Position numbers and translations under genes: made by a program. A DNA stretch of 64,000 bases from a virus. Below are positions 36,843-48,206 of this stretch, in pieces. The first letter of the stretch is position 1. Each line of letters opens with the position of its first letter. The stretch spans positions 14,284 through 78,283 of IMG/VR virus record IMGVR_UViG_3300035041_000007; one strand, written 5' to 3'. The notes beneath the pieces were generated by a model that saw nothing but the letters and a program-made list of their open reading frames with translations, did not search any database and was not told the origin of the DNA.

Positions 36843-36989
36843 ATTTTATTAGTATAACTAATTTTAGAGAATGCGTCAAGTATGTAATTTAGCAATGCTT
36901 AAAATAGTACTTGACTTTTATATTAGAGTACGTTATAATACTATTATAAATATTTGGGAATCTTTATATAAAAAGGAGAGAGTTAAAAA

Positions 36990-38480
36990 ATGGGTGAATT
37001 TAAATCGTCGTACATTATTAAGTTTAAGGAAGAAGATTGCTACAAAATTGGATATGCTAATAAAGCAGAATCCGAACTAGAATCTCATCTAGCAAAAAAT
37101 TTACCAGATTTTGAAATTCTAGATAGTTGGGATGGGTACCAGAGAGACTTTGAACAGAGAATTTTGAACTTAGTTGATAATAACTATGAGCCTAGTAATT
37201 TAGTAAATCCTTTTTCCAAAAAGAAATTGACTAAAGGTGTAAAGCTGTTTAAGTTGAAACCTGGAACTACTTATGAGCAGGTATGGAATCAAGCAGTACA
37301 GAAAAAAGCTGACGTAGGAACTTACAAAGCCGTCATACTAGAGGACGGACAATCTCTTAAAGTAGTAAAGGGTGACGAAGATGTAGAAGATGTAGTTCTA
37401 GAATCTGAGGTATTTACTAAAGATGATATGCACGCAGTAATAAAACAGTTCAAGAGTAAGACCTCTAATGCTAGAACTGGGGGTAAAGTTGGGGATGGTG
37501 TATACCGCTTCGATTTCAAAGCCCCTTACTCAGACTTGGCTAGTCTTCAGTTTATTCTGCGACCTAGTGACAAAAATGTTATTGTAGAAAGGACACATGA
37601 TGGATTCTTTTTAGCAAGGTACACAAAATATTCAGTAGCCCCCTCTGTAGCTGGGTTCAAAGTAGTAAACCATTGGATTTCTACGGAAAAGGAGGCAATC
37701 CTCTTTAAGAAACGCCTTGCCAGACTAGCTGGAGGCACTTTCATTAGAAAATATAAATCAATGAACAAAGATATTGAATTACCAGTAATGGATATTCCTA
37801 ATAATGAAATTCAGCTATTTATTGAGAGAGCTGGTGACCCTAAATATGATGAGTTAAAAAATAATAGAGTTAAAAAGTTATACCTATTGTATGAACCTCT
37901 CGAGAAATTTTATATTCTTAAGTGCTCTGCTAGCTCAGTATGGTTAGATAGGTTAAAAACCCAGTACCCGCAACTTAAGACAATATTTGTAATACGTGAA
38001 TCAAAAGAGTTTGAAAAGTTAATAAAAGCAAACTCCACTAGATACACCCCTGCTAGGCGGTCCCGTGAAGCTAGTATTTACCTGTCCGAGATAGATTTAG
38101 ATATTGATAAGTGTAGGGAAGAGTACGAAGTAGAGGGAGCGCAGGCTTTTCTAGTATATTACCCAGACCTTAACCTTTACCGATATCGTTCATATAAAAA
38201 TTCTAGTATTGAACTAGATGATGAGAAAGATACTTTAGGCACGTGTAAAGTGTTAAGTGTTAAAGATGTTATTAAAGAAGATGTAGATTATGACTTGTTA
38301 AGAATAGAAGAGCTATTTGGTTTTGAGAAAGTAGAAGCTAAGGGGAAATACTTTAAAATACCTAAAGCATTAACTCAAGAAGAACTCATCTCTAGTTTTG
38401 AAAGGGGTTGCATAAAAACTATTAACCCTAGAAGTAAAACTATTAAAGAAGATGATTGCCCTTTTGACACTGAAGTATAA
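36990..38480 (+). CDS. Multi-domain protein with degenerate T5orf172/GIY-YIG-like repeats
   Basis: N-terminal YIIKF...YKIGYA...E.RIL; similar YLL/FLVY patterns recur; own promoter. Confidence 0.45.
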   Translation: MGEFKSSYIIKFKEEDCYKIGYANKAESELESHLAKNLPDFEILDSWDGYQRDFEQRILNLVDNNYEPSNLVNPFSKKKLTKGVKLFKLKPGTTYEQVWNQAVQKKADVGTYKAVILEDGQSLKVVKGDEDVEDVVLESEVFTKDDMHAVIKQFKSKTSNARTGGKVGDGVYRFDFKAPYSDLASLQFILRPSDKNVIVERTHDGFFLARYTKYSVAPSVAGFKVVNHWISTEKEAILFKKRLARLAGGTFIRKYKSMNKDIELPVMDIPNNEIQLFIERAGDPKYDELKNNRVKKLYLLYEPLEKFYILKCSASSVWLDRLKTQYPQLKTIFVIRESKEFEKLIKANSTRYTPARRSREASIYLSEIDLDIDKCREEYEVEGAQAFLVYYPDLNLYRYRSYKNSSIELDDEKDTLGTCKVLSVKDVIKEDVDYDLLRIEELFGFEKVEAKGKYFKIPKALTQEELISSFERGCIKTINPRSKTIKEDDCPFDTEV

Positions 38481-38491
38481 GGAGTAGTAAA

Positions 38492-40611
38492 ATGGGAAAA
38501 GTTTTTTGTAGTGATTGTAAATATTGTATGGCAGAACATGAAAATGATGTAGATTCTAAGTGCCAGCACCCTGAAAATGGAATTTATAGTTGGTATGGTG
38601 TAGTTTTTAATCTGACGTGTTCAGAGAAAAACAAAGATAATGATTGTATTTGGTTTGAGCATTGGAAGGGTATTGAGTGACCAGGAGTAGGAAAGGATAG
38701 AGATATGTGTGATTGTTGTGATGGTTATGCCGCTGCTGCTGAGTCTTTAGACATGGATAACCAAAACCTTTTAGAAAAAATTGAAGAACTCCGCGTGCAA
38801 CTGGCAAGTTACGAAGAGGTAATGAGATGTGCTAAAAATCTCGTTAGTGTAAAAGGCACGCTTCATAACTTTATGAGTATTGGTCTTCATGCAGATAATA
38901 CTCCTGCTTTTAAGGCATTAGAAAAAGCTGTCCGTGCAGCGAAGGAGACATCTAGTGGAATATCTTAATTATAAAATCAAAAGAGAGAAATTCCTATGTG
39001 AAGCAATGGGCATTTGTTGGCACGAAAACTTTCCCGTGTGTGATAAATGTGGTGAAGAATATGATGTAGTTGATTTCCACAATAGTCTACCCGATTTTTC
39101 GACCTGGGAAGGATTTGGAAAACTATTCGAGTGGGTAAAGGATCAGCGTTGGTATGCAAAACTGTGTTTTACGGTTGTAAGGACAGGGTACTCAGCATAC
39201 CCAGGTAGTGTAATGAGTATTCCAGACAAGTACATTGAACCTGATGTTTTTGCTGATGCAGTTTATAAATTCTTGAATAGTACAGCAAAGGAGATATGAT
39301 GGAAGATACAGTTAAGAATATAGACAATAAATTCAAAAGTGGAAACTCTATAGAAGTAGAGCGTACGCAAATAACTAAAACAGAATGGGAGGCAATTAAA
39401 AATTATCTTGTAGAACAAGACCTAGAAATCGAAGACCTAAAAGCAGAAATTAGAAACTTAGAAAGGTCGTTAGACTTGGCAAATGAGGCATTCATGTTGC
39501 AAACTTGGAAACTAAATTGCTTAGTGCGGGATTAGATATAGGTGATTAAATGGGTGAATATATTTTAGGTATAAAAGTTGGATTGATGTTAGGTTTTATG
39601 ATATTCTTATTTACTTCTTCAAGTAGGTCTATGAATGTCGGTTATCAACAAGGACAAATTGATTATGCTAATGGTAAGGTACTAATCCACAAAGTTGAGA
39701 ACGAAGATAACGAAGTAGTCTGGGAATGGGTTGGTGAACCCAAGTATGACTAAATAGGAGAAAATTATGACTACCGAAGAAATTAAAGATTATGTTGAGT
39801 TTATAAAGTTCTGTAACCATCCTATAGATGATTTTATTATCGAAATTATGGAACAACTAATAGAGGGGTAATTATGGTACCAGTTGATAAATTCCACTAC
39901 TATGAAGTTATAGTCCGCCTGCTTTTAATTCAAAAACATTTTTATGAGGATATTATTGAGCATCCAGTAGTATATAACACAGAAAGCCTAACAGAGCAAG
40001 CAGAAAAAGTGTTGAAAGATATGAGTGTCTTAGTTACGGAATTAAGCTTGGACGAAGTAAAGACCTTCAAAGATTAGCAAAAATAGTATTTGACATTTTT
40101 CTCGGTATGCGTTATAATAGTATTATACACAATGGCGGAAGGCTAAAAAATGGAGGAGTAACAGAATGACTAATTTTGTAGATAAAATATATAATAAACT
40201 GGTGAAGAAAAAAGAAGAGAGTCCCGAGTTAAGTGAGGAGGATTACCATAGAATTTATAGTAAATTAGAGGAATTCTGTCAATTTTATGATGAAATCCTA
40301 AACGATCCTGTCATAAACAATAGGAAAGAAACCTATAATCTAGCTGCAGAGATTTTTTCTGGTCTTAACAGATTGGATTCAATTCTTAGAATAGAGCACA
40401 CTTTGAAAAGATTGAATAAATGAAAAATAAATATAGAATTGTAGAGATTAAAAAAGGTAAAAATGTCGAATACTATATTCAAATTAAAAGGTGGTGGTTA
40501 CCATTTTGGTATACTGTTCTTCTTGGAGAACATGATTCTTTAGACCGTGCTAAAGATAGACTAGAATATTTTAAATCCCCTACTGTAAAAAAGATAATAG
40601 AAGACGATTAA
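38492..40611 (+). other. Cluster of short hypothetical early ORFs (38492, 38705, 38955, 39296, 39550, 39874, 40166, 40420)
   Basis: Tightly packed 60-120 aa ORFs with RBS; no recognisable family. Confidence 0.7.
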
Positions 40612-40901
40612 CTATGAAACTCGTAACAATGCTGTCAGCATTTATGATTAGCCATATGATTAATCTGGAAGTGTATAATGAGTATATGAATGGAAGTGAC
40701 ACTAGGGTTATAACATTGCTTACTACCCTTATAGTTGCAGATGAACTAGAGTTCATCTTATAATGAACAGAAAATAGTATTTGACAATTTCCTTGGCTTC
40801 CGTTATAATAGTATTATAAACAATGGCGGAAGGCTAAAAAATGGACGATTTGAAAGCGTACCGATGGATAAAGTACGTAAAGCCATAGAAAGGATGCGGA
40901 A

Positions 40902-41570
40902 ATGAGCCCACATAGATCTGAAAATGCAAAGATGTACGACAATAGTAGGATGTACGATAATAGTGTGATGTACGATAATAGCGAGATACATGGCTATAGC
41001 AGACTGTATGGTTATAGTAGGATGTACGGTAACAGCGAAATGCATAGTTATAGCAGGGTGTGCGGTACCGACCAGATGTACGATAATAGCAAAATGTATG
41101 GCCATAGTAGGATGTACGATAATAGTAGGATGTACGATAATAGCGAGATACATGGCTATAGCAGACTGTATGGTAACAGCGAAATGCGTGGTTGTAGCAG
41201 GATGCACGGTAACAGCGAGATGCATGGTGATGGGATAGCAACACATCCATCACACATAGTATGCGCTGATATGGTTGGTGATGAATGCAGCTGTTTAACA
41301 GTACACCCTGATACTGAGATAGGTATAAGGGTAAACAGAGGATGCTTTTCCGGGACTGTGGAAGAATTTTTGGATACTGTAGCAGAAAAGCCAAAGAACA
41401 ATCCATGGCGAAAACTGTATCCACAAATTTTATGTGGTCTGGTGAGCACAGTTGCAAAAATGTTAAAATTATATCCAATTAGTGAAGTGCCAATGTATAA
41501 AGTTGAAGAATCTATTAAAATATTAGAACAAGCCGCAGAAAGGATAACCGATGCAATGCCCTCAATGTGA
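40902..41570 (+). CDS. Hexapeptide-repeat (left-handed beta-helix-like) protein
   Basis: ~17 MYDNSR/MYGNSE-type repeats followed by ..RVNRGCFSGTVEEF. Confidence 0.75.
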   Translation: MSPHRSENAKMYDNSRMYDNSVMYDNSEIHGYSRLYGYSRMYGNSEMHSYSRVCGTDQMYDNSKMYGHSRMYDNSRMYDNSEIHGYSRLYGNSEMRGCSRMHGNSEMHGDGIATHPSHIVCADMVGDECSCLTVHPDTEIGIRVNRGCFSGTVEEFLDTVAEKPKNNPWRKLYPQILCGLVSTVAKMLKLYPISEVPMYKVEESIKILEQAAERITDAMPSM

Positions 41571-42924
41571 AAAAGAGACAGAGCATAGACACGTACACGA
41601 CTGCATACATGGTCTACCCTACTGTCACATGGCGGATAGCGAGCGGTATGAGTGTCTTGTATGTGGTTATGCAGTTTATAAACACGTGGGAGAGCAGCAA
41701 GGATTAAAATACATCTTGGATTAACTGGAAAATACATTTGGAGGCTGCTAAGTTTTGTGGATATTGAAATGAAGAACTAGAAAAATTGGTTGTTGGATTA
41801 GATTATCAAAAGTCACCTATTATAAAAAGAATAATAGAGGGTTAATTATGTCACATTATTGCAAACATTGTGGTAAATCATTTTATGAAGAGTGTAATTG
41901 TGATCTTCCTAATAAAGAGTATGAAGAATACTACACAAAGAAAAATAAGTTTTTAAATAAAGGCCGATATATAAACTACAAGAAAGTCGATGAACAACTC
42001 GAAGAACTGTTCATTGCACTTTATGGTGAGCCTCCAGAAAAAACATACCCTTATCGATGAATATTATTACTATACTTCAGCAGTCCTCTGCTAACAAGTG
42101 AGTTAGATATGAATAGAATAAATGATATTAAAACAAGTGTTCACAAAAGCAACAAATAGTGATATAGTAAACCTAGATGATATCTTTTAGTTAGAGGCAA
42201 CGAAATGAAAAAAATGCTCATAGTAGGAAATGTTTCAAATGCAGTCATAAAAGATTTAAAGAATATGGGGTATGAAATAATTCGTTATAATTATGATCCT
42301 AAAGAGATTCTTGGTAAAGAGTTCAACTTAGTTTGGATTCGTGAACACATAACAAGCAAAAATAGAAAGGAAAACAACAATGAAACTATACGAAATGCCA
42401 AACACCGTAGTATACCTTAAAACACAAGAAGAATATATGAAAATGTGTGAAGAACCTGATTATGTGTATATGGTGATTTTTGGTATTTCAAAGAAGTAAA
42501 AAACACTAATTTATTTGATAGGTGTAAATAGGGAAAATACTATAGGAGTGTTATATGAGAAAACCACTATCAAAACGTAAAGAATACAAATATATTAAGA
42601 AAGTAATTGATAGTTGTCAAAATCATTTACATCTACAATCAGTTACTAAGATGATTACTAATTTTCAGCGTGTACATGATAGGCAAGAATTTACTTTGTT
42701 GGATGAGACTAGTGAACTGCTGCAATATATGATGTGGCGCAAAGAGAAAGTCGAATATATGAATAAGACAAAACTGAAAGGTTAATATATTGGAGTATCA
42801 TGAATCGTCAATCGACGCGGCTACAGCTAATGCAGAACGTTATATTCCGGTAACTACATCAGATAGTTACGAAGCAGAGCAATAAATATGATAAATGATG
42901 TCCGCGCAGCGAAGGATAAAAAAT

Positions 42925-43782
42925 ATGGAAAATCTTGAGTATAAAATTAAACGAGACAAATTTTTAACTAAAGCTATAGATAAATTTAAGTATGGTTCTT
43001 ACGATTTCTCTTCATGGGGGAGTTTTGGTTCATTATGGGTGTGGGCAAAAGCACAAGATTGGTATACAAAATTTTGTTTTAATAAACTAAATGGAGGGTA
43101 TGCTGCATATCCATCTAGCAAAATGATTATCCCAGATAAATATATTAATCCTGATCTTTTTGCTAATGCGGTTTATGAATTTTTAAAAGAAATGAATGAA
43201 AAGAAATGTATACCTGAGAAGTGGGATAAAGATGCTATAGCAGCTCTTTTACGTTTCGGCAGAAAAAATAGTGGACCATGGGATGACACTGCAGGAGTTG
43301 ATAAAAATGGTCATGAATTGAGTATGCCAGATGAAGATGATACTGATTTGATTGCTGCAGCACCTGAGTTGTATAAAGCTTTAGAGGATCTTTTAACAAG
43401 ATTGACATATGATAAAGATATAAAAAAGTGTTTTCAAAAGGAACAAGAAAGAGCAGGTATAGCTTTAGCCAAAGCCAGAGGTAAAACAATGAGTGATATA
43501 ACAAAAAGACTACACGAACTCTCACGCGCACAGCATGACGATTCTAGCACAGCAAATGAACCTGCTAATGAGATAGGGCGGTTAACTAAAGAAATAGAAA
43601 AGCTACAAACATACTACACAGATAAAATACAACGAATGACTGATGAAATAGAAAATTGGAAATCTTTGGCGAAACAAATAAACACAGACTGGATTCCTGC
43701 AAATAAGAAGTTAATTGATAGAATAGAAAAACTTGAGTCTACGCTGAGTGAATATGCAAAAAAAAAATTAACGAGGATTTAA
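42925..43782 (+). CDS. Composite hypothetical protein (apparent fusion of three small phage genes)
   Basis: N-terminus paralogous to 38955-39299; LIAAAPEL...LAKARG; MSDI..RL...ANEI.RL. Confidence 0.6.
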   Translation: MENLEYKIKRDKFLTKAIDKFKYGSYDFSSWGSFGSLWVWAKAQDWYTKFCFNKLNGGYAAYPSSKMIIPDKYINPDLFANAVYEFLKEMNEKKCIPEKWDKDAIAALLRFGRKNSGPWDDTAGVDKNGHELSMPDEDDTDLIAAAPELYKALEDLLTRLTYDKDIKKCFQKEQERAGIALAKARGKTMSDITKRLHELSRAQHDDSSTANEPANEIGRLTKEIEKLQTYYTDKIQRMTDEIENWKSLAKQINTDWIPANKKLIDRIEKLESTLSEYAKKKLTRI

Positions 43783-43884
43783 TGCAGGTTATAATACTAG
43801 ACTATTTAATCCTGCCGGACAAGACGATATTGGTGGTGGTTGTGGACAGCTCTGATATGTTCAGAATTGGATGAAAGGGGGATA
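43776..43884 (+). pseudogene. Remnant of an RlmN-like radical SAM gene C-terminus
   Basis: AGYNTRLFNPAGQDDIGGGCGQL*YVQNWMK; no start, internal TGA. Confidence 0.5.
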
Positions 43885-43885
43885 A

Positions 43886-44374
43886 ATGATTTACTTCACC
43901 GCAGATACCCACTTCGGCCATACTAACGTACTAAAGTACGAAAATAGGCCATTTATGGACTGTCAGGAGATGGATGCGTATCTTATCGCGCAGTGGAATC
44001 AATATGTAGAGCCGGGGGATACTATCTATCATCTTGGAGATTTTGCATTTTGCGGAGTTGATAGGATGCGAGAAATCTTTTCACAATTGAATGGGAATAA
44101 GCATCTAATTCTAGGCAACCATGATGATAATAGAACTAGAAAGCTAGGATGGGTTTCTGTAGATTGGTACAGAGAAATAAAGTATGCTGGTACTAAGGTA
44201 TGTCTATTCCATTTCCCAATAGAGAATTGGAATGGTAGGCATCACGGCTTCTACCACTTTCATGGGCACTGTCACTCTAATCAAGTTGATTCTTGCAACG
44301 GTCTTAGACTAAATGTAGGCGTAGACGTATGTGGTTTTGCCCCAATATCAATAGGAGAATTACTAGATGGATGA
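43886..44374 (+). CDS. Calcineurin-like metallophosphoesterase
   Basis: ADTHFGH, HLGDF, GNHD, HGHCH. Confidence 0.9.
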   Translation: MIYFTADTHFGHTNVLKYENRPFMDCQEMDAYLIAQWNQYVEPGDTIYHLGDFAFCGVDRMREIFSQLNGNKHLILGNHDDNRTRKLGWVSVDWYREIKYAGTKVCLFHFPIENWNGRHHGFYHFHGHCHSNQVDSCNGLRLNVGVDVCGFAPISIGELLDG

Positions 44375-45728
44375 ATTAGAAGAGTTAGAGGAGGAAAATG
44401 AAGTATTAACCGCAGAATTGAGGAGAATAGAGCTAAGAAAAAACGATGCAATTAGGGCTTTATTCAATATTTTAGCAGAAGTACAGGCTCCAGATGATAC
44501 GAGCGATATAGAAGAGTATAAACGTATGCAAAGTTTTATAATTGATATTATTTGTGAATTTTTGCAGGAGGATAATTAAATGGTTGAATGCCCCAAATGC
44601 GGCAATTCATACGCCCCAGGCGTAAAAGAGTGCCCTAATGATGGGGCTACTGTTAATGATTTTTGGATTAGTATAGTCACTTCTACTTTGGAGGGTACTC
44701 TAATAGACAGAATAGATGTTTCTACTGAAAAAGATTTTGACGAACTCTACAATAGGTATAATAAAGATACAAAACCAACAAAAGTTTTAACTGTAAGATT
44801 TATAGAGGAGTAGCATGGACAACGAGTATATAGCAGGAATAATTCTAGGACTATCAATACTAATTGCTGTAACTATAGTGTACTACTAAAATATTCTAAG
44901 TTTTATAGACTTATGAAAGGTCAAATATGGGCGCTAGTAAAATAACTCTAAAATTAGTACGTCACTTCGGTTTTGGGTTTATTATATTTTCTCCAAAATT
45001 AAATGGTTTAGCCTTTGAAATTAACATAGCATGCTTTACTCTGAGAGTTTGGAGCAAGCCTGATAAATGGTTTGGTTTTAACAATTTCTTGGGATTCTAA
45101 GTATATAATCTTAAAATATCACTTGACTTTTTCCTCAATGTTCGCTATAATATAATTATAAACAATGACGAAAGGAGAAAATTATGAAAAAGTATATTTG
45201 TGATGAATGCGGGTCTTCTGACGTAACTTTTGACGCTACCATTTCTTGGGATTATAAAACTCAATCTTTTATCACTGAATCAACAGAAGGTGGTTGCTAC
45301 TGCAATGACTGCGAAGATATTCAACCTGTAAAAATTATTGAAGAAGTTTTTCAATGGAAAATTACAGACAAAGCGGGTGTTAGCTTTACACCCGATAAGC
45401 ATTATGGCACTTTGGAAGACGTACAAAAAGACTTCAATATTAAAGATATTGAAAATTTTCAGAGATTGGATTTGACTAAAAAAGTTAATATCATTGGTTA
45501 GGAGAAGCTATGGCACGTACAAAACTAATGTGGCTTATTCAATCAGACGATGGCGTCGATATGCGAGAGCCTCGTCCCACTAGAAAAAGCGTTGATAGAA
45601 AGGCTCAAGAATTAGCTAATGCCTTTGGGCAGACTATGTGGTACTACACAAACCGTGATAGAGCCAGGTGGTGGCGTACTGGAAAATCTATTAAGATGTA
45701 TGAAGTGGAGCCTAATAATGATTGCTAG
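44367..45728 (+). other. Short hypothetical ORFs incl. zinc-ribbon proteins (44367, 44580, 45184, 45510)
   Basis: CPKCG..CPNDG and CDECG..CNDC motifs; RBS present. Confidence 0.65.
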
Positions 45729-46143
45729 TGTAGAAGCTATGGGAATGAAGCGAATTAAAGAAGAAATTCGCAAAGGAAATATTCCTAGGGAAGAGTTTGA
45801 AGTAATCTCTATTCTCAACGCAGATGAAGAAGATGTTCTCAATGACAAGTTTTACACGTTTTTCTTTGATGACATCGGTCCTAAATCCTCTGCTATGTAT
45901 TGTAAAGAATCCAGCGCAATGCGCATCTGCGATGCAATCGCGCTATACGAAACAATTCTTCAACTAGAGAACAAGACTGAGGCAATTGATTTGATTGTTC
46001 ATTGCGGAGCAGGTATTTGCAGGTCAGGAGCAGTAGTACAGTTTATATCTGATAAATTTAATGTTCCGATTGAGGGTAGTTCTCAAATTCAGCCTAATGA
46101 GTGGGTAGAGAATCTTTTGTGGTGTGTAAGTGAGGAGGTATAA
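45718..46143 (+). CDS. Protein-tyrosine/dual-specificity phosphatase-like protein (start revised)
   Basis: CX5R motif VHCGAGICRSGA. Confidence 0.8.
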   Translation: MIASVEAMGMKRIKEEIRKGNIPREEFEVISILNADEEDVLNDKFYTFFFDDIGPKSSAMYCKESSAMRICDAIALYETILQLENKTEAIDLIVHCGAGICRSGAVVQFISDKFNVPIEGSSQIQPNEWVENLLWCVSEEV

Positions 46144-47023
46144 TGGGACTTATTGATGCAGTAAAATGTGATGGGTGTGGTAAAGTTATGGATTTTGAAA
46201 GCAAAGATTTCTTCCGAGTAGACGGAAATATTTTCATAGGATATACGGGGGGAATTATTGGAGGTGCTGAGCCAGAATCTGGGTCTGAAATTCATAGTAC
46301 CTTTCTCTGTGTCTCTTGCTTCATGCAGTGCGTAGAGCAGGCAGCCGGAATACCTAAGCATAGAGACCTTAACTCTTTACTCTAAAGGAGGCACAGATGT
46401 ATACTCCAGACGAATGGGTATTAGTAAAAGTGAATGGAACCGACCCACATTATAGGGTATTTGGGTCTTGGTTAGGAGGCTACCTTAATGGAGATTCCTG
46501 GAGATTGAATTCTGGAATCGTAAGAGCGGAGCAAGACGGAGATAGTTACATATTTTATGGCGCAAGTGGCTCAGTGTACATATGTCACAAAGACTCTTAT
46601 GGTGTTAAATCAATGTATAATAGCGGAGTGTTAGAAAATCTGTGCGATAATAATATGGACATTCTTTCTAAATGCCCTGATGTACCAAACTTTAACTGGA
46701 TTATATTATAGGAGAGAAGTAAAGTGAAAAAGATTTTTGTATGTGTGGCAATCGTATTCGCAGTAACAGTATCAAACGCTAAAGCTAATGAACTTTGTGA
46801 AGCCCAGAGTAATCTAGCTAGCACAATTATGGACGCTAGGCAAAATGGGATGCCTATGCTTGATATGATGAAAGCAGTAGGACCTGATGCTCCTTTGGCT
46901 AAAATTCTTGTAAGAGCTGCATATGATTCTCCTCGTTACCATTCTGAGGAAATGCGTACTTATGCTACTACAGAATTCAGTAACGAAGTATACCTTATGT
47001 GTGTAGAGGCTACAGAGGATTAA
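46143..47023 (+). other. Three hypothetical ORFs (46143, 46397, 46724; the last has a signal peptide)
   Basis: RBS, coupling; 46397 has the common phage motif GGYLxGDSWRLNSGI. Confidence 0.65.
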
Positions 47024-47094
47024 AAATAGTACTTGACTTTTTCCTCAATGTTCGCTATAATATATTTATAAACAATGAGGGAGGGAAGAAAATT

Positions 47095-48132
47095 ATGATT
47101 TATGCAGAAGTATTGGAAGACGAAGCTTTAAAGCAATATAATGAAGCATTAGCGCAGCCCTTTACACTACAAGGGGCTCTTATGGCGGATGCTCATACCG
47201 GGTATTCTCTTCCTATAGGTGGAGTAATACTGACTCAAGAAATGCTAGTACCTGCCTGGGTAGGTTATGATATTGGTTGTGGTATGTTAGCTATTCCCCA
47301 CAACTACTGTATCCATAAGTATAAAGATTTAATATTTAAAGATATCTATAATAATATTCCAGTAGGTTTTAAGCACAGTCCTTCTCCTAGTCACTTTGAT
47401 GAATTTCCTAATTTTAGTGGTATAGCTATGGAAATTTATAAAGAAAAGGGTGGAGCCTTCCAACTTGGCAGTCTAGGTAGTGGTAATCATTTTATTGAGA
47501 TCTCTGATAACTGGATTATTATTCATTGCGGTTCTCGTGGAGTAGGTCATGGAATTGCCTCTCACTACATGAAAAACTGTGATTTTGCTCTTTCTATATT
47601 TTCAGAAGAAGGAAAAAATTATCTTAAAGATATGGAAACCTGTGAAGAGTGGGCATTGTTAAACCGTGAGATTATTGCAAAATCTGTAATTAAGATACTA
47701 CATCAGTATTCCCAAGGAAAAGCTGATTGGAGTAAGTTAGTAAATACAACCCATAATCATGTTCGCAGGTTAAGCCATACGGATGCTTTTGTTCATCGTA
47801 AAGGGGCTACTCAAGCCAATAAAGGGCAACTTGGTATAATTGCAGGAAATATGCGTGATGGCTCATTTCTAGTGCGAGGTAAAGGAAATGAAGAATCCAT
47901 GTGTTCAGCTTCACATGGTGCTGGGCGAGTTCTTGGGCGTCGAGCTGCTAAAAAGAAGTTGGATTTTGATGAGTTTGAAAAATCGATGAGTGGGATTTTA
48001 GCCAACGTTTCTACCTCTACCTTAGATGAAGCACCATTAGCTTACAAGAACATTTATGAAGTAATGGAGCTCCAAAAGGACTTAGTAGAAGTAGTAGAAC
48101 ATATTAAACCAGTAATTAATATAAAAGGCTAG
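47095..48132 (+). CDS. rtcB: RtcB RNA ligase (start revised)
   Basis: MADAH.GY.LPIGG, VGYDIGCGM, LGSGNHFIE, HNH, HRKGAT, SHGAGR, DEAP.AYK; own promoter. Confidence 0.95.
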   Translation: MIYAEVLEDEALKQYNEALAQPFTLQGALMADAHTGYSLPIGGVILTQEMLVPAWVGYDIGCGMLAIPHNYCIHKYKDLIFKDIYNNIPVGFKHSPSPSHFDEFPNFSGIAMEIYKEKGGAFQLGSLGSGNHFIEISDNWIIIHCGSRGVGHGIASHYMKNCDFALSIFSEEGKNYLKDMETCEEWALLNREIIAKSVIKILHQYSQGKADWSKLVNTTHNHVRRLSHTDAFVHRKGATQANKGQLGIIAGNMRDGSFLVRGKGNEESMCSASHGAGRVLGRRAAKKKLDFDEFEKSMSGILANVSTSTLDEAPLAYKNIYEVMELQKDLVEVVEHIKPVINIKG

Positions 48133-48206
48133 TATAAAATAGTACTTGACTTTTTCCTCAATGTTCGCTATAATATATTTATAAACAATGGCGAAAGGAG
48201 AAAATT

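Noticed and set aside
40803-41478. Minus-strand repetitive ORFs
   Set aside because: Antisense frames of the hexapeptide-repeat gene
43757-43767. Poly-A run as a programmed frameshift into the RlmN-like remnant
   Set aside because: The remnant frame has a TAA just after the run and an internal TGA, so no slip gives an intact product
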